From assembly GCA_035624785.1 (NCBI GenBank), contig DASPQV010000049.1, positions 5,731-69,730 of the forward strand: a stretch of 64,000 nucleotides of DNA. Reading direction: 5' to 3'. Numbering within the stretch: the stretch's first letter is position 1; every line of letters begins with the position of its first letter. This DNA comes from Candidatus Binatia bacterium. GTDB taxonomy: Bacteria > Chloroflexota > Dormibacteria > Aeolococcales > Aeolococcaceae. The notes under the pieces are model-generated. The model was not told the DNA's origin. It saw only the letters and a list, made by a program, of their open reading frames with translations, and did not search any database. The position numbers were made by a program, and so were the translations under genes. Shown here one piece after another: positions 61,445 through 64,000 of this stretch.

Positions 61445-63748
61445 ATGGCTGACGACGAGCCGGTGAAGGATCCCGGACGCAGCCGGTGGCGCGCTCCCCC
61501 CGGGGCACCGCTGGGTGGGGATAGCTCCGGCGGCCGCCGGATCGACCGCCGGTCGCTGCTGGCCGCCGCCGTCCTGGCCGCGGCGGTGGCTGCCGGCGGG
61601 ACGCTGATGGCGCTCGCGCTCAGGCCACCGACTCCCGCCCCGTCCACGGTTCGGGAGGTCCCCGGTCAGCCGGCGCCCCGTGAGGGGGCGGCGATGGCGT
61701 ACGACCCAGCCACCAAGAGCGTGCTCATGTACGGCGGTGATGACGGCACCACGGTGTTCGGTGATACCTGGAGCTGGGATGGGTCAGCCTGGTCCGCGCT
61801 GCATCCGGATCCAGCACCACCACCGCTCACCGGGGCGGTGATCGGCTACGACCCGGCCTCCCGCCAGCTGGTGATGACCGGGGGCAGCACCGGCTACGTC
61901 GAGACCACGGCCATGAGCGACACCTGGACCTGGGACGGGCGCCTCTGGTGGCCCGCGGTCGAGCCCACGCCCTCGCCGGGCCCGGTGACGGTGGCCACCG
62001 ATGACGCCACCGGACAGCTCCTCCTGGTATCCGGGCTCGACGGCGACTGCCAGGGGATGCAGACGTGGGTGTGGCGCTCGGCCGCATGGCAGCGGCTCAC
62101 CTCGGAGGCCTCGCCGGGGCCGACCAGCGGGGCCCTGCTGGTCTACGACCCGGCCGCCCGGGACCTCCTCCTCTACGCAACCTCGGCCCCGGGCTGCCCC
62201 GGTCAGGGTCAGGACTTTCCCACGACCTCCGCCTGGAGCTGGGACGGCACCAGCTGGGACCCGATCCCGAGCGCCGGCTCGGAGGGCTCGGCGAGCGGCG
62301 CCGCCCTGGTCGGTTCGGGCCAGGTGATCGACTCCACCGGCGGTGCGCTGCTCATCGGATCGTCGCGGACCTACCGGTGGGACCACGGCGGCTGGACCGA
62401 GCTCGGCGCCGCGCCCGCCGGCCTGGGGCGGCTGACCTCCTCGAGTGCCTCGGCCCGCTGCCAGGAGGCGCTCGCCTATGACGCGAGCCGCCATCAGGTC
62501 GTGCTCTTCGGGGGCCGGTTCGCGGCTGGCCTCGGTGACGACTACCTGGCCGACACCTGGACTTTCGCGGGCCAGTGGAGGCTCGCCAGGATGGGCACGG
62601 TCCTGGGCTGGACACCGACACCGGCGCCAAGCCCCTGCACCGCGATGGCCGAGGGGCCGGGGACCGGCCTCGGGGAAAGCGTCTACTCGCTGCACATGGA
62701 GAGCGCCACGACGGGCTGGGCTCTCGACTCCGCCGGGTCGATCGTGCACACCACGTCGGCCGCCGGCCGATGGTCGGTGAGCTCGCCGCCGCTGCCGCCG
62801 GGGGCCCAGGTGGTTGCGGCGGCCTTCCTGGATGGGAGCACCGCTCGCGCTCTCACCGGGTCGCCGGCCACCTGCGAGCCTGGAACCGCCCCGGCGCCGG
62901 GTCCGCTCCAGGCCTGGGCGACCGGTGACGGGGGAAGGAGCTGGACCGCCGAGGGCACCCTGACCGCCGCGTACGTCTACGGCTCCCTCGACTTCGTGGA
63001 CCCTGAGCACGGCTGGTTCATCGATCTGCGCTGCGAAGGCCCCTCCAGCTGCTGGTCGACGGTCCTCTTCCGGACCACCGACGCCGGGGCCACCTGGCAG
63101 CAGGTGGCGACCTCAGCGCTGGGGAAGGTCGGCCCGGCGGGCCGCCTGCCGGCGGGGCTCGACCAGCCGGTCAGCTTCAGCGACCCGAGCACCGGCTGGA
63201 TCGCCGGAGACCAGGCTGGGGTGAGCCCCAACCTCTTCGTGAGCCACGACGGCGGCGCCTCCTGGTCGGCCCAGCCACTGCCCTCGACCGCGACGCCCCC
63301 CGAGGGCGGCGCCGAAACGCCGGTCTTCTGGTCCAGCCAGGACGGGGCGGTGCTGGCCTCCAGCGGCGGCGGTGAGGGGGGATCCGCCCTGTACATCACC
63401 TCCGACGGGGGCTGCCGCTGGATCGAGCGGAACCTGCCCGACGACGGCCTGGTCCCCGATGCCATCGACTTCATCGACTCCGCCACCGGCTGGCTGCTGG
63501 CCGAGGCGGCCAGCGCGGGCCCGGGCGGAGCCCAGATCCCGCCCTACGGCCTGTGGGTCACCCGCGACGGGGGTGAGACCTGGGCTCGGGTGTGGACCGG
63601 CGGCTCGCTGGGGTTCTCGGAGATCGACTTCGTGACCGCCCAGCTGGGTTGGGCCGTCACCTACGACGAGAACGGGCTCGCCGGGCTGGTGCGCACCGCT
63701 GACGGCGGAACGACCTGGACACCGGTGCCCATCCTCATCAGCGGCTGA
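61445..63748 (+). CDS. Membrane-anchored protein: N-terminal Kelch-type repeats plus a C-terminal BNR/Asp-box module paralogous to 17262..18746
   Basis: TM segment LLAAAVLAAAVAAGG. Kelch-like repeats include MAYDPATKSVLMYGG...DTWSWDG, IGYDPASRQLVMTGG...DTWTWDG and LVYDPAARDLLLY...WSWDG. Then come TGDGGRSW, TTDAGATW, SHDGGASW, TSDGGCRW, TRDGGETW and TADGGTTW. Confidence 0.7.
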   Translation: MADDEPVKDPGRSRWRAPPGAPLGGDSSGGRRIDRRSLLAAAVLAAAVAAGGTLMALALRPPTPAPSTVREVPGQPAPREGAAMAYDPATKSVLMYGGDDGTTVFGDTWSWDGSAWSALHPDPAPPPLTGAVIGYDPASRQLVMTGGSTGYVETTAMSDTWTWDGRLWWPAVEPTPSPGPVTVATDDATGQLLLVSGLDGDCQGMQTWVWRSAAWQRLTSEASPGPTSGALLVYDPAARDLLLYATSAPGCPGQGQDFPTTSAWSWDGTSWDPIPSAGSEGSASGAALVGSGQVIDSTGGALLIGSSRTYRWDHGGWTELGAAPAGLGRLTSSSASARCQEALAYDASRHQVVLFGGRFAAGLGDDYLADTWTFAGQWRLARMGTVLGWTPTPAPSPCTAMAEGPGTGLGESVYSLHMESATTGWALDSAGSIVHTTSAAGRWSVSSPPLPPGAQVVAAAFLDGSTARALTGSPATCEPGTAPAPGPLQAWATGDGGRSWTAEGTLTAAYVYGSLDFVDPEHGWFIDLRCEGPSSCWSTVLFRTTDAGATWQQVATSALGKVGPAGRLPAGLDQPVSFSDPSTGWIAGDQAGVSPNLFVSHDGGASWSAQPLPSTATPPEGGAETPVFWSSQDGAVLASSGGGEGGSALYITSDGGCRWIERNLPDDGLVPDAIDFIDSATGWLLAEAASAGPGGAQIPPYGLWVTRDGGETWARVWTGGSLGFSEIDFVTAQLGWAVTYDENGLAGLVRTADGGTTWTPVPILISG

Positions 63749-63758
63749 CCCCGCACGT

Positions 63759-64000
63759 TCAGCCCGTCTCCTCCAGCGCCTCGAGGCGAAGCTCGAGCGG
63801 CGGATGAGCATCCGCAAGCACGCGATCCCATCCCGACCGGCCAGCCTCCAGCTCGCCGAGGAAACTGAGCGCCCGGTGGAGCGCAGCGCCCCGGCCGGCG
63901 GCCAGGACGGCGGCATCGGCCTCGTACTCCGCTCGCCGGGAGCGGGCGGCGCCGAGCGGCTGCACCACCAGCCTCGCCAGCAGCCAGGCCGGCCAGAGGA
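63759..64000 (-). CDS. M48-family (HtpX/Ste24-like) metallopeptidase, C-terminal part. The 5' end lies outside the window.
   Basis: The frame is open to the window edge. The SRRAEYEADAAV ... HPPLELRLEAL pattern is typical of M48 C-termini. Confidence 0.5.
   Translation of the reverse strand, partial: LWPAWLLARLVVQPLGAARSRRAEYEADAAVLAAGRGAALHRALSFLGELEAGRSGWDRVLADAHPPLELRLEALEETG

Overview
High-GC (roughly 70%) gene-dense chromosomal segment. The gene content looks actinobacterial or related Terrabacteria: an F420-type LLM oxidoreductase, ECF sigma/anti-sigma pairs, an L,D-transpeptidase, an MrfA/MrfB-like helicase-nuclease pair and OmpR-type two-component systems. I can support about 55 protein-coding genes (two truncated by the window edges), one tRNA-Phe(GAA), one frameshifted gene and one heavily decayed gene relic. 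I also list a few hairpins and candidate operator or promoter motifs. I saw no rRNA, CRISPR array, transposase, integrase or phage genes. Many long ORFs in the six-frame track are antisense or out-of-frame shadow ORFs typical of high-GC DNA (Arg/Pro/Gly-rich, opposite genes with clear family motifs) and were rejected. Housekeeping content includes thiolase, malic enzyme, isocitrate dehydrogenase, MutY, acyl-CoA synthetase, threonine dehydratase, an IMPase/HisN-like phosphatase and a copA-copZ-csoR copper module. The most interesting loci are these. (1) A GG-terminated MoaD/ThiS-like carrier is translationally coupled to a cytosolic BNR-propeller protein, downstream of an F420-LLM oxidoreductase and a fold-type-II PLP enzyme, with no E1, synthase or JAMM partner in view. 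(2) An orphan form-IV RuBisCO-like protein lies divergent from an MFS transporter. (3) An FGGY sugar kinase lies divergent from a single ORF that fuses a class II aldolase to a GSA-aminomutase-like class III aminotransferase through a linker carrying a 33-bp tandem duplication. (4) A tight cassette encodes an amine-dehydrogenase-like protein, a class III aminotransferase, a glutamate decarboxylase and a frameshifted DUF1801 gene, next to a treY-like relic. (5) Two paralogous membrane-anchored BNR modules are present, one fused to Kelch repeats. All functional calls rest on motif recognition by eye. No database search was run.
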